DNA of 64,000 nt, from NCBI RefSeq assembly GCF_009914755.1, contig NC_060937.1; one strand, written 5' to 3'. Below, piece by piece: positions 27,366 to 41,005 of the stretch. The notes beneath the pieces are model-generated. The model saw only the letters and a list, made by a program, of their open reading frames with translations. It made no database searches and was not told the DNA's origin. Each line of letters begins with the position of its first letter. Position 1 is the stretch's first letter. A program made the translations under genes and the position numbers. This DNA is from the human T2T-CHM13v2.0 reference genome, Homo sapiens.

Positions 27366-27734
27366 CTATGCAGCCATAAAAAAGAATGAGTTCACGTCCT
27401 TTGGAGGGACATGGATGAAGCTGGAAGCTATCATTCTCAGCAAACTAACACAGGAACAGAAAACCAAACACTGCATGTTCTCTCGCATAAGTGGAAGTTG
27501 AACAATGATGACACATGGACACAGGGAGGAGACCATCACACACTGGGACCTGTCAGGGGTTGGGGGGAAAGGGGAAGGAGAGCATTAGGACAAATACCTA
27601 ATGCATGCGGGGCTTAAAATCTAGATGAAAGGTTGATAGGTGCAGCAAACCACCATGGCACATGTATACTTATGTAACAAACCTGCACATTCTACACATG
27701 TATCCCAGAACTTAAAGTAAAATAAAATAAAAAA
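27366..27734 (+). mobile_element. 5'-truncated L1PA7/8-like 3' end inserted antisense into the L1MA
   Basis: atgcagccataaaaaagaatgag...gcttaaaatctagatgaaaggttgataggtgcagcaaaccacc...cccagaacttaaagtaaaataaaa. TSD core atagccattct on both sides. Confidence 0.92.
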
Positions 27735-28262
27735 GATCATAGCCATTCTGATATAAAATGATATTTCATTGTGATTTTGGTTTGCATTTACCTGATGATT
27801 AGTGATGTTGAGCATTTTTTCATGTACCTGTTGGCCATTTGTGTATCTTGAGAAATGTCTATTCATATTTTTTGCCCACTTTTTAATGATGTTTTTGTTT
27901 TTTTTACTGTGGAGCTGTTGGAGTTCTTTGAATATTCTGGATATTAGTCCTCTGTCAGTTGAATAGTTTGCAAATATTTTGTCCCATTCTATAGGTTTTT
28001 CTGTTCACTTTGATGACCGTTTCCTTTGTTGTGCAGAAGCTTTTGAGTTTAATCTAGTCTCATTTGTCTATTTTTTAATTATTTTCTGAGCTTCTGAGGT
28101 CTTAGCCATAAAATCTTTGCCTACACCAATGTCCTGAATTGTTTTCCTTATTTTTTTTTCTACAAGTTTTAGAGTTTCACATCTTACATTTAAGTCTTTA
28201 ATCAAACTTGAGTTGATTTTTGTATATGGTGAGAAATAGAGGTCAGGAATTTTTTTCTGGAT

Positions 28263-28316
28263 TATTCTATTCTATTCTATTCTATTCTATTCTATTCTAT
28301 TCTATTCTATTCTATT
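28263..28316. repeat. (TTCTA)n pentanucleotide microsatellite, about 10 units
   Basis: Read directly. Confidence 0.95.
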
Positions 28317-29606
28317 AGTTTATGTGTTTGTTTTTATACCAATACCATGCTCTTTTGTTTACCAAAGCCTTGTAATATATTAAGTCTGGTAGTATGATGC
28401 TTCCAGCCTTGTGCTTTTTGCTCAGGATTGCTTTAACTATTCAGGCTCTTTTTTGGTTTCATACAAATTTAGGATTGTCTTTCTAATTGTGTGAAAAATG
28501 ACCTTGGAATTTTGGTAGAGATTGCATTGAAGACTGATTTGGGGAGTAAATATGGTTATTTTAACAATATTAATTATTTCAACCTATGAGCATGGGATGT
28601 TCCATTTGCTTCTATCCGCTTCAATTTTTTTATCATTGTTTTGTAGTTTTCGTTTTAGAAATATTTTACACTTTTGGTTAAATTTATTCCTAGATATTTT
28701 GTTTTATTTGAAGCCACTGTAAATGGGATTGTCTTCTTGATATCTTTCTTAGCTAGTTCATTATTGGTGTATGGAAATGCTACCAATTTTTGTATGTTGA
28801 TTTCGTATCCTGAACCTTTACTGAATTCGTTTATCAGATGTGAGTTTTTTGGTGGAGTCTTTACATATAAGATCATATTATTAGCAAAGGGAGAGAATTT
28901 GACTTCCTCTTTTCCAATTTAGATGCCTTCTGTTTCTTTTTCTTGAACGCTCTGGCTAGGGCTTCTAGTATTATGTTGAACAGAAGTGGTGAAAAGTGAG
29001 CATTTTTGGCTTTCTTGTCTTTTTCCAGTTATTAGAGAAAAGGCTTTCTGCTCTTCCCCATTCAGCATGATAGTAGCTATAGAGTTGTGTATGGATTTTT
29101 TATGTTAAGATATGTGGCTTCTATGGCTAGTTTGTTGAGAGCTTTTATCATGAAGGGATGTTGAATTTTATCAAATGCTTTTTCTGCATCTGTTAAGACA
29201 ATTATATAGTTCTGGTCCTTCATTCTGATGGTGTAATGTATCACATTTACTGATGTGCATATGCTGAACCATTCTTTCATACCTGGAATAAATCACACTT
29301 GTACATGTTACATTATTGTTTTTTTTGTTTTGCTATTGGATCTGTTTTACTGCTATTTTGTTAAAGATTTTTATAGTTATGTTCATCAGAGGCATTGGCC
29401 TGTAGTTTTCTTATTTTCGTTGTGTCCTTGTTTGCATTTCATATCCAGGTAGTGGTGGTCTCATAGTGTGAGTTAGGAAGAGTTCTCTTATTTTCAATTT
29501 GATGGAATAGTGTGAGTGTTAGTTGTTGGTGTTAGTTATTCTTTGAAAGCCTGGTAAAATTTGGCAGTGAAGCTATCTGGTCCTGGACTTTTTTTTCTTG
29601 AGAGGC

Positions 29607-29982
29607 TGTATTAGTCCATTCTCACACTAGTATTAAAAAATTACCTGAGACTGAGTAATTTATAAAGAAAAGAGGTTTAATTGACTGACAGTTCCATAGG
29701 CTGTACAGGAGGCATGGCTAGGAGGCCTCAGGACACTTACAATTATGATAGAAGGCTAAGAGAAAGCAAGCGCATCTTACCATGGAGGAGCAGGAGAGAA
29801 AGAGAGCGAAGGGGTAAGTGCTACACACTTTTAAACAACCAGATCTCATGAGAACTCATTCACTGTCATGAGAAGAACAAAGGGGAAGTCTGCCCCCAAG
29901 ATTCAATCACTTCCCACCAGGCTCCTCCCCCAACACAATTCAACATGAGATTTGGGTGAGGAAACAGAGCCAAACCATATCA
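29607..29982 (-). mobile_element. MaLR solo LTR (MSTA/THE1D-like)
   Basis: tgtattagtccattctcacact...agagccaaaccatatca with a perfect 5-bp TSD gaggc (29602-29606, 29983-29987). Confidence 0.92.
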
Positions 29983-30604
29983 GAGGCTTTGATTCCTGCT
30001 TTGATCTTTTACTTATTATTGTTCCGTTCAGTTTTTGTATTTGTTCCTGATTCAATCTTGGTAGGTTGCATATGTCCAGAAATTTATGCATTTCCTATAG
30101 GTTTTCCAGTTTGTTAGTGTATAGTTGTTCATAAAAATCCTTGATAATCTTTTGTATTTGTGTTAATTGTAATATTATTTTTTCATTTTTTGATGTTGTT
30201 TATTGGATCTCCTTTTTTTATTGCTTAGCTTAGCAAGTGGTTTATTGATATTGCTTATTTTTCAAGAAATAATTTTTTTGTTGGTCTTTTCTATTGTTTT
30301 TTGGCCTCTAGTTTGTTTACTTCTGCTGATTTTTATTTTTTCATTTCTTCTACTAATCTTGGGTTTGATTGGTTCTTGCTTTTCTAGTTCTCTAAGATTC
30401 ATTACTAGATTATTTATTTAAAATCTTTCTACTTTTTTGGTGTAGGCACTTGTTGCTATAAAATTCCCTCTTAGCACTGTTTTTACTGTACCTCCTAGAT
30501 CTTAGTATGTTTTATTTTAATTTTTATTTCTTACAGGAAATATTTAAAACGTTATTCTTTATTTCTCCCTTGACCCAATGGTCATTGAGGACCATATTGT
30601 TTAA

Positions 30605-30948
<344 letters not shown>

Positions 30949-32163
30949 TCTTCTTATCAATTTCTAGATTTATTCTGTTGTGGTCTGAGAATATACTTGC
31001 TATAGTTTTGATTTTTTAAAATTTGTTAAGAATTTTTTTGTGTTCTAACATATGGTCTATCTTGGAGAGAGTTTCATGTACTGGTGAAGAAAATGTGTAT
31101 TATGTAGCTGTTGGATGAAATATTCTGTAAATGTCTGTTAGATTCATTTGTTCTATAGTGTACATTATATCTGACGTTTCTTTGTCGATTTTCTGTCTAG
31201 GTGATCTAATGCTGGAAGTGTGGTGTTGAAGTCCCCAGCTTTTATTGTATTTGTGTCTCTTTTTCCTTTAGGATTAGTAATATTGCTTTACATATCTAAG
31301 TGCACCAGTGTTGTGTGAGAATATAATTGTTATATCTTCTTGCTGGATTCCTTGATTATTTTATAATGACCTTCTTTGACCCATTTTACAGTTTTTTACT
31401 TAAGTCTATTTTATCTAAGTATAGCTACTCCTGCTTGATTTTGGTTTTAATTGGAATGGAATGCCTTTTTAATCCATGATATTTAAAAAAATTAGTCTCA
31501 ATGATGTCTGCATGTCGCTCAGTGGCTTAGACTGTGGGCATTTGTGGAGTCATTGGCCTAGTTCAGTGAGCTTGGGGGCCACCAGGTAGGCCATTTCTCA
31601 GGCCCTAGGGAGATAACTGTCAGGTGAGGTAGCTCTGCTGGCTCTGGGTGCTTTGACAGTGGTGTCAGGTGCTTTGACAAAGGTGGCAAGCACTAGAGAA
31701 GCCGTCCTTGTTTGTTGCTTTTTTTTGGAGGGGTGGGGGCGGTGCAAACAGTACCTGCAATTAAAAAAAAATAAATGTTTATTTTTATATTTTGCATGTT
31801 AAAAAATGTACTTTAGAAAAATTGATATTGATTTTAAAAGAAATAAAAAGTTTTTTAAGTTACTGCTATAATAGTTTTCCCCATTTTTTATAACTTCTAG
31901 TAGCAATATTGTCTCATAAGTATTAGAATAACAACTTGATCACAGTTCATTCTTTATATACCTTTTATTACTTTTTAACTATATTGAATTTTTTTAAAAG
32001 CTTGATTCTCTTGTTACTCACATCTTAAGAAAATAATTTTTTTTGTGAGATCATTCTCTTTGGTAAAATTTTTAGACACAAATGGATTTTGCATTTTTTA
32101 TATTTTAGTGAGCAATTTATTTCTTAATTTATTTCTTCTTATTTTCTGGCTACTGCATAACAG

Positions 32164-32249
32164 AATATTTCAGAACTTCTCACATGTATGGAGATGAGGA
32201 TGATCAGTTTTTCAGCAGATGTTTGCCGTTTACTTTTACAAGGCCACAG
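32164..32249 (+). other. Candidate exon (86 nt)
   Basis: Pyrimidine tract ttatttcttcttattttctgg...aacag|, then a purine-rich body, then CAG|gtaatt. No recognisable protein. Confidence 0.3.
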
Positions 32250-32840
32250 GTAATTATACCAAAATATTATACAATCATAACCTTCAATCTGCTCTTATTG
32301 CCAAAAATTTTGAACGAGTCCTGCAAGTTGATTGTAAATTCCAGGTAGTTTAAGATGAACCTGAGGGATATTATCAAGAGCTACAAGACTTTTACATGAG
32401 AGTATTTTTTCCACTATAATAAAGCACCAAATGAAGCTTATCATAAAAAATAAAATTGCTTCTAAACTTTGAAAATTTATGTAAAAACTTGATCCTCCAT
32501 CTAAACATAAAAAATTTGAAGTAAGTCTGTTTTATGTTTTTACATGGTTTCCTTCAAATCTATGTATGACAAGCAATTCTTTTACATATTTTTGGGAAAA
32601 CTAATTTGTTTTGCACAAAGTTGTTTTTTGTTACATAGTACTCACTGTATATATTCCATATCAGTGTTAAATCTTAATGTCAATAAGTTTGTTAAGTTCA
32701 CTGTGATATAATTACCTATTATATTTAACTTAGCCTATTATATAGAGTTTTGCACTGAAATAATTATTCATAAATAACACAATATGACATGTTGGTGTTG
32801 TTATATTCATCTTAATTTTGATTTTACTTGAAAAAATTGG

Positions 32841-33146
<306 letters not shown>

Positions 33147-33299
33147 GAAAGAATTTTTGACTAAAACATATCATCAACTTCTTAGCTTAAAAATGCAAAA
33201 AAGAAAAATAACGAAAATAGTGAAAATAATAAGAATAAAATATAATTATGACCAAAACATGGCATATTGTGTGAAGTTATTTATTTTAGCTCTTTCCTG

Positions 33300-34710
33300 C
33301 ATTAACACTAAGTTGGTCATAGAGGAATAAGAATGTCAAGGAAAATGGATGTACAGGTGATACAAGCTGAGAAGCAGAAACTAAACTAAACTAAACTAAA
33401 GAAGGTGAAAAGTGGATGAACATCTGTTTAGATATCATCCTCAAAGAGAAAACTGGCATCTGTCCATGGATAAGAAAGCTGATTTGTTTCAAGTGCTATA
33501 GGCAAATCCAGAATTGGAGAAAGGAGGAATTTCTTAAAATGGGAGTAAGGCATGGGACTAAAAATGCAAGAATATTAAAAAATATGAAGAAGAAGAACTT
33601 AAAACTCAGTTTGCAATTCCCATCAGGGAAACCAGTTGATTACATCTCTCTACAAAGTGAACAGAAAAATTAATCTATGAAAAAATTAACCAAAGGATGT
33701 CGAGATATGGGATTACCAGAAAATGATCTCGCATTAAAAGCAAGGGCAATAAGAATAACTTAAATTACTGAAAAAAATAGTGGCAAACTCTGTTATATAG
33801 ATAAGCTCCAAGACCAAGAACACAGGGACATACTCCTCTCATCCTCCCTAAATCAGGAGAATGAGATACTCTTCTCTGAATAAACTGCATAATCCTAAAC
33901 AAAAGTCGGGCTATGCTGTTTGGGGGTTATTTCCATGAAAAGGATGGATTGCTATCCAATCTCTCACTTGAAACAGAGATCCCATGCTGTTTAAATGCCT
34001 TACTCTTTTTTATCATACATATTTATGGGGTACAATGTGATGTTTTAATGTATGTGTACACTGAAAAATAAGACCTGAATAGACATTTCTCAAAATATAT
34101 ATTTATATAGCCAACAAGTACAATGACTGACTCTTAAATATGACATCAAATTGTGATCCACACTTTGAAGAAAGACTTTTGCATCAACGAGAGAAAACAA
34201 AACCAAGAAACTTAAAAAAGGAATTTAAAGAAACAGGCAATGCAGAGATTAGAAGGAAATTTAACTCAATATAGCTAATGTCCTCAGAAATACCACAAAG
34301 TTTATTAAGTCCATAAAATAAGAACATGTTTTAAAAGGGCACATTTCTTAAATAAGAAATACACTTGGAAATAAAAAAATTGAATGACAGAATACTCATT
34401 TTAGGTAAAACTGAGGATTGCTCTAGTGAGTGGAACAAAAAGACAGTGATTAAAAAGTAACAAAAAATATATGAGAAATTTGTAGGCTAAATCTAAGTTG
34501 AATACCCAAACTTTCAGAAAGAGAAAACTGAAAAAGGAATAACTGGGCTAGTTATTAGATGGATGAAACAATGTGATTTCAGAACTAAAAGCAAGAACAT
34601 TTTCTAGTTCACGTAGTGCATCTGTTTTTTATGACATTTAATGAGAGTTCTCACATGAAGCACATCAATTTAAAATTTCAGAACACTAGGATTACACAGA
34701 TAAATCTGCT
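33300..34710 (+). mobile_element. Ancient L1M/HAL1-like 5'/ORF1 remnant
   Basis: Strong A-skew and ORF1-like phrases (atgtcctcagaaatac, ccataaaataagaaca, cttggaaataaaaaaat, tttcagaaagagaaaac, aaaatttcagaacactagg). Confidence 0.5.
34005..34121 (-). mobile_element. Tiny 5'-inverted (twin-primed) L1MA-type insertion
   Basis: Antisense 3' end (catatttatggggtacaatgtgatgtttt) is fused to an opposite-strand ORF2 piece (gacctgaatagacatttctcaaaa...atagccaacaagta). TSD aatgccttactctt / aatgactgactctt. Confidence 0.7.
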
Positions 34711-34773
34711 TAAAATGTTCTCCCATGCTCTCTGTATCACCCATTGCAGGATTGAATAAAAAAACTAACCTCA

Positions 34774-35079
<306 letters not shown>

Positions 35080-35329
35080 TCATATCTGCCAACATTTTGG
35101 ACACTAGCAGTATAGACTGCCTAAGAGCACAGGCAGAGTCTTAAGTGTGATTGATTAGCTCTGTCTAAGAAACCATCCAAATAATTTCAATCATGTCCCA
35201 TTTTCTTAGCTGGTATCCAGAGCAATTCACAGCCTCTTAGGTTATCTGTCAGCATTTAGGTTCATCTACAAAATGTTCAGTGTATCCCCCAATACGAATA
35301 CAGTGTCCACTTCTTCCTAACTCTGTCAA

Positions 35330-36380
35330 CACAAACTCTTCTTTGATGTTCATTTGAACTCAAAATCTGTCATCAACAAAATCCATTAAATATTCATCAT
35401 TTTTTTCAGAACTTTCCTAACTAATGCAAAAGCCTGGATGTCAGTTGAAGATACTGTGTTCTCTCCCTTTTCATCTGTGTACTGCAGAGAAGGTGAACTA
35501 GGCCCTTAAACTTTTGTTACCACTTTTATGTCACTGTTTTATCTTCTCCCTAGAAAAGCAAAGAATTTTGAAGCACCTGTTATTACCCTACATGCTTCTC
35601 CTTGACCTCCTACGTCCTACTATTCCTCAGTAATTACATATTATTTTTCCTTTTTATTTTTAATGTTTTTGATTCCTTTATTTCTTTTTAAAAATTTTTA
35701 AATTTACTTTAAGTTCTGGGATACATGTGCCAGAACATGCAGGTTTGCTACATAGGTATACATGTGCCATGGTGGTTTGCTGCACCTATCAACCCATCAT
35801 CTAGATTTTAAGTCCCACATGCATTAGGTATTTGTCCTAATGCTATCACTTCCCTTGTCCTCCACCCCACCAAAAGGCCCTAGTGGGTGATGTTCCCCTC
35901 CCTGTGTTCATGTGTTGTCATTGTTCAACTCCCACTTATGTGTGAGAAGATATGGTGTTTGGCTTTCTGTTCCTGTGTTAGTTTGCTGAGAATGATGGCT
36001 TCCAGCTTCATCCATGTCCCTGCAAATTGACATGATTTCATTCGTTTTTATTGCTGCATAGTATTCCATGGTATATATATGTGCCACATTTTCTTTATCC
36101 AGTCTATCATTGTTGGGCATTTGGGTTGGTTCTACATCTTTGCTATTGTAAATATTGCTGCAATAAACATACATGTGCATGTGTCTTTATAGTAGAATGA
36201 TTTATAATCCAAGTAATTACATGTTTTAATAGCCAAATCTCTGTCTTTTATCCTCTAATATTCTTGTTATTTTTATTGGTTTAAATATTTCCATGCTCTA
36301 CATTTTTAATGGTCTAACCTGCCACTCCACTTCATCCATCTACTCCTAAATCTCTGGTCTTTGTCATTGTTGATAGCCAT
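35330..36380 (+). mobile_element. Decayed L2 endonuclease-region fragment interrupted by the L1PA
   Basis: aaagcctggatgtcagttgaagatactg, ttttgaagcacctgttattaccctac and, after the L1, cttgttatttttattggtttaaatatttccatg resemble the L2 ORF2 endonuclease domain. Confidence 0.4.
35641..36210 (-). mobile_element. 5'-truncated L1PA7/8-like 3' end with long degenerate tail
   Basis: actttaagttctgggatacatgtg...gtgtctttatagtagaatgatttataatcc. TSD agtaattacatatt (35629) / agtaattacatgtt (36212). Confidence 0.93.
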
Positions 36381-39300
36381 GTCAACATGCATATTTATCC
36401 ATCTTCATAATCAAGTGTAAGCTAAATCCTCTATTTTAACATGTTAAACTTGGTATATAAAAAAAGAAAGCCAAAGGTTAATTTTAAACCTTCCTTCAAT
36501 TATGTGAAGAGTTATTTTCCAGAATGTAATAACTAATCTTTTGAAATATCAATGGAATTGCTTAGGCATAATTTTGGAAAGACCCTTAGGAGTTGGGTAA
36601 TCTATAACAACAATGAAAATGTGGATTACATCTCTGGATATTTTTAACATAGATTTTACTTACTTTAATGCACACAATTCTTTCCATTTACTGACTGCTT
36701 ATTTTCTAAGAAAATATAAATTAGATATGCTATTGTTAAGATAAAGATAGGATCATCATTGCTGTTGAAGGTTAAGATAAAGAAATAATAATGAGAATAT
36801 AAAACATTCTTTGCTTGAACAAATTATATGTATTGGCAACAAGTTTTAAAATCCATAACAAAGAGAGAGACAATGTTTTAGTTCATTACAAGGGACTTTC
36901 TTCATCTTCTCTAGCTACAAACATTAAGTGACCTAGAGTTAAAAATATATACATCTGAATAAAATCATTTTAAAAGAAGAATATCTGTTGTGCTAAGACA
37001 CTGAACATATTCAGGAAATTGTTTCCATTAAATTATCAAATTTTGTAGCCTCTTTTGCATTACTTTCTGCATGCTTAAGCCTTGGCTTTCATGTTAATTT
37101 AACATTTATTCATTAAATTTAGAAACACAATTAAGTGTTATATTGAAAGTAAGTACTTAAGGCTTTATTCTGATGAGTGTTTTGCTTATATTTTCACTTT
37201 ATGAAAACAGAGGTTGGAAGCTGAAATACCATTTCCATATAACTATAACAACCTACACATTGTTTTAATAAAAATGCCAACATAAAGCTTTACCAAGCAT
37301 CAAAAATGTTCTCAAGGAAAACGTATCTTTCTATTATGTATTTGAATTGATGGCTGGCAGAGCTAAGATAACAGGTTTTGGCCATCTAAGAAGTTGATAT
37401 AAATGGCTCTGTAAACTCCATATTATTTCTTCATTATTTGCTGTGATATTGTGTGAGGACATCACTTATCACGTTGTAAGTTTTAATATGTTATCTTAGG
37501 TTAAAATGAAAGCATTAGTCAACAGCTTATATGGATTTTTATTGCTTTCAATGAGTTTTGGCTTTACATCAATGTAGTACCAAAATAGCCTTATTTTATT
37601 AAATCAACATGCCAAAGATAAAATACAAAAATATGCTTTCATATAGATTTGCCCTTCCGTTAAATGAATATCTTTAATCTTATAAAGGGAGATAATTATA
37701 TCATAAAAATGATAGTAAATATCCAAATTTAACTTTAGAAGGCTTAAATTAAATGAGAAATCTGCAGTTGGACATGATGTACTGTTAGATGTTGCAGTAG
37801 AGAATGGCTCAAATTCTATTACTTCTTTTAAATAAATAATACTTTCTGTCTGATAGTTAATATTGTAGTTTCATTTCCAACAGCATTGGACAACAAGTAC
37901 ATATATATAATGGTGACATAATTTACTTTATCAATTTAAATATGCTTTTACAAAACACGTAGTTTTTTCTGTAAGTGGAAACAAGCATTACTGAGAATGA
38001 TTTGAGGCATAATTTTTCTGAAGACACATTGGTTTAGTATTTGGAAATTGGTGCTCATGTTGGCTCAAAGAGCAATCATGTCTTTGAATAGGGCCCTAAC
38101 AAAGTTGACATTTATGATAAAGCAAAGAGCATATTTATCCATCTTCATAATCAAGCATAAGCTAAGAGTTGATGGGTGTGCCATATGCATGCATAAATGA
38201 CGTTTTCATCCCTTGCATCTGTTCATATTAATAATTCTTAAACAGTGATTTTCATCTTAGAGTGTTACAAATGCTAACTAATTAATTAATCCCTTAAGTG
38301 TTTAATTGCATATGGGTAATTAAACACACTTTTTGCCATCAATGCTTATAGAGCAAAAATTAAAAAGAGAAATCATACTAAGCCTGATTTTCTAACCAAT
38401 GGATAAAGGATGTGTCTTTCATACATTTTGGTAGAAGCAGCCTATATAGGATTTTTATTTCCAAAAATAACTTTTGCAGAAAAAGCATTTTGATAATATT
38501 AATACATGTTATGTAATTATTTCTATTTTTGAAAATTATAAACATTAGTATATTAAAGCTATTGAGAGGTATATAAAAATTGTTTATTTTGTGAAACACA
38601 GAACGTTGGAAACTTAATTGGTTGTTGAATCTCTGTTTTATAAGACCCAACCATATGCCTTGGAGTAAGTCTTGTTTGGAAATCTTTTGGAGTTGATGCA
38701 GTTTGTTTTATGATACATCTCAAGCAGGTGGAAGACTATTCGAGCCAATGTTCTTTTTTGTAATTTGGCCACGTGGTCTTCTGTATTCATAGCTTTTTCA
38801 TGTGTTCTTACTTCCAAGTGGTTCTGAATATTATTGCAGATTAAATATGAGTAAACTAATATCAAAACACAGCAAAAATTGATTTCCTACTGTCACTGAT
38901 CTATCAGTAATGATTCACTAGTAAATACTAAATCCTCTAATACCAGTGTTTCTAAATGAAGACACTTTCTGCATTTTTTAGTGGGAAATTTCTTCATTGT
39001 GAAAGATTTTATCCCATACACCAGGCAGTTTAACATTCTTGACCCCATTCTCAACTTCTTCCTCACTTTCACATTTGATTGTATCCTGACAATTATTTTA
39101 TATTTATTAATATGTCTTGTGTTCCCAATGTGTTTATGTTTATAGGGCTTGTGTATGACTTTGGTTTTAGGAAATTTTGTGTCTTTGCCTGAATGTAATA
39201 ACAAAAAGGAAATTACTACTACTCCATGAAAATGCATTATATCATCTTTCTCTCTTAAGAACAGTTTATGTAAATCATGTTAAAACAGTTTATGGGAATT

Positions 39301-40869
39301 AAGTTTGTTAAATATTCAAACTTACCAATGGCCTAGAGGTACCTTGAGAAGAAATCTCATGGATATTTGTGCAGTTGGTGAACATAATATTTATTCATCA
39401 AATATTTATTCATCAAATATTGAATTAATGTTACTTAGTTTTTGGATATTTTCTGGAGAACTGAGGAGACAGCTGTGATTTTCATGAGATCAATGCCCAA
39501 AGGTGTATGTAAATAAATGCCATGACTAGAAAACCTACTGCAAAACAAGGACTTCTATCAGAAACTCTGTTTTCCCTAAGGTAATCAACATTGTAGTTTT
39601 TCTTTATTTTAAACTTGTCTAGACTGTTGAATTAATGTGTACACACTATAGAATGGAAAACAAAAACTTCAAATTGATAAATGTGCATAGTAATAAAGAT
39701 CTCAGCAAGATTTTTAAAATTCCACAGATATTAGCAAAATCTATATTGCCATTTATGCAACTAAACTGAGGGTGTAGTTTTTGTAGATAAGTTTAGTAGC
39801 ACCTCATGGGAACATAATGAATAATTTTAATTAATTACCCAGTAGATGGTCAAGATGGAAAACGTATAGAACTCTTAGTGTAGGAACTGCAGCTTAATGA
39901 GGGTTGGTACTGCCTTCCATCAGATACATTTTTTTTAAGCTTTTTCACGCACTTTTTTTTTGTCCTACCAATGTTTATTAAGATTGACACTAAGGATAGT
40001 CTGGGGGTGTGTATTTGTTGGGATGGTTGTTTATCTATATTTATCAATGATAAAATTCTTAAATTTAGCAGTGCCCTTGAATAGCATCAGTACAAAAGTT
40101 CATGATGAATAAATCATCTATATTGTTAATGACTTTTTAGAAAATTATGGGTGTTTTTGCCTGAATGTAATAACAAGAAGAAGTGACTACTACTCCATGG
40201 AAGTGCATTATATAACCTTTCTCTTTTAAGGACAGTTTATGGAAATTAAATTTGTTAAATATTCAAATTTATCAATGGCCCAGAGGTACCTTAAGAAGAA
40301 TTTTTCAATGAGATGATTGTAATTATTGGTGTCACGACACCAGGTCAATGAAATTGCTATTTTGAGAGCAAAGCCAGACTGTGAGGAGTTTGTGACAGTA
40401 AAACACGTGAAGGAATCGCTAATCTCATGATATCTCATTCAAGGAAGTAGTTAATGGTGCAAAGACCGGAGTTTTGAGAGGAAGGCTTATCTGTACTCTA
40501 TGCTGTATACTGTATACTGCCTAATGTATGTATTGCCTAATGTATATGCTATTGTGTTAATCTGCTTTGTGGTACAGATATTCAACATTTTGGGAAACAT
40601 TAACAAACCCAGGGTTTGTAGATATGAAGCAAGAGTATAAGGCATCAATTAAAACGCAGGTAGAAATGTGATCTGAACATATGGAGTATTTTTTAAATAA
40701 AAACATTTTAGGCAGATATGACACAGGAGAAATTTGTATTTTCTTAAGTGGAAGATCATGACACAACAATGTGGTGAATATTATTGGGAAAGGAGGGGAG
40801 TGACAGCTATTTGGTCCCAGAATTCTCAGAAAACATAGCCCATTTATATCTGATATTTTATCAGTATGT

Positions 40870-41005
40870 CAGGCCTGATGCAACTATCCATTATTCTGTT
40901 TTCTCATCAGTAAATCAGTAAATTGACTTATAATAATAAAACCAATTTCATAGAATTGTTGTAAAGGTTAATTGAAATAGTATATGTAAATACTTTTAAA
41001 GAATA
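40870..41005 (+). mobile_element. MIR fragment
   Basis: ctgttttctcatcagtaaa...ataataaaaccaatttcatagaattgttgtaaaggttaattgaaatagtatatgtaaa. Confidence 0.65.

Noticed and set aside
28655-29280. Reverse-transcriptase-like ORFs
   Set aside because: Frameshifted, deleted remnants of L1 ORF2, not a functional gene.
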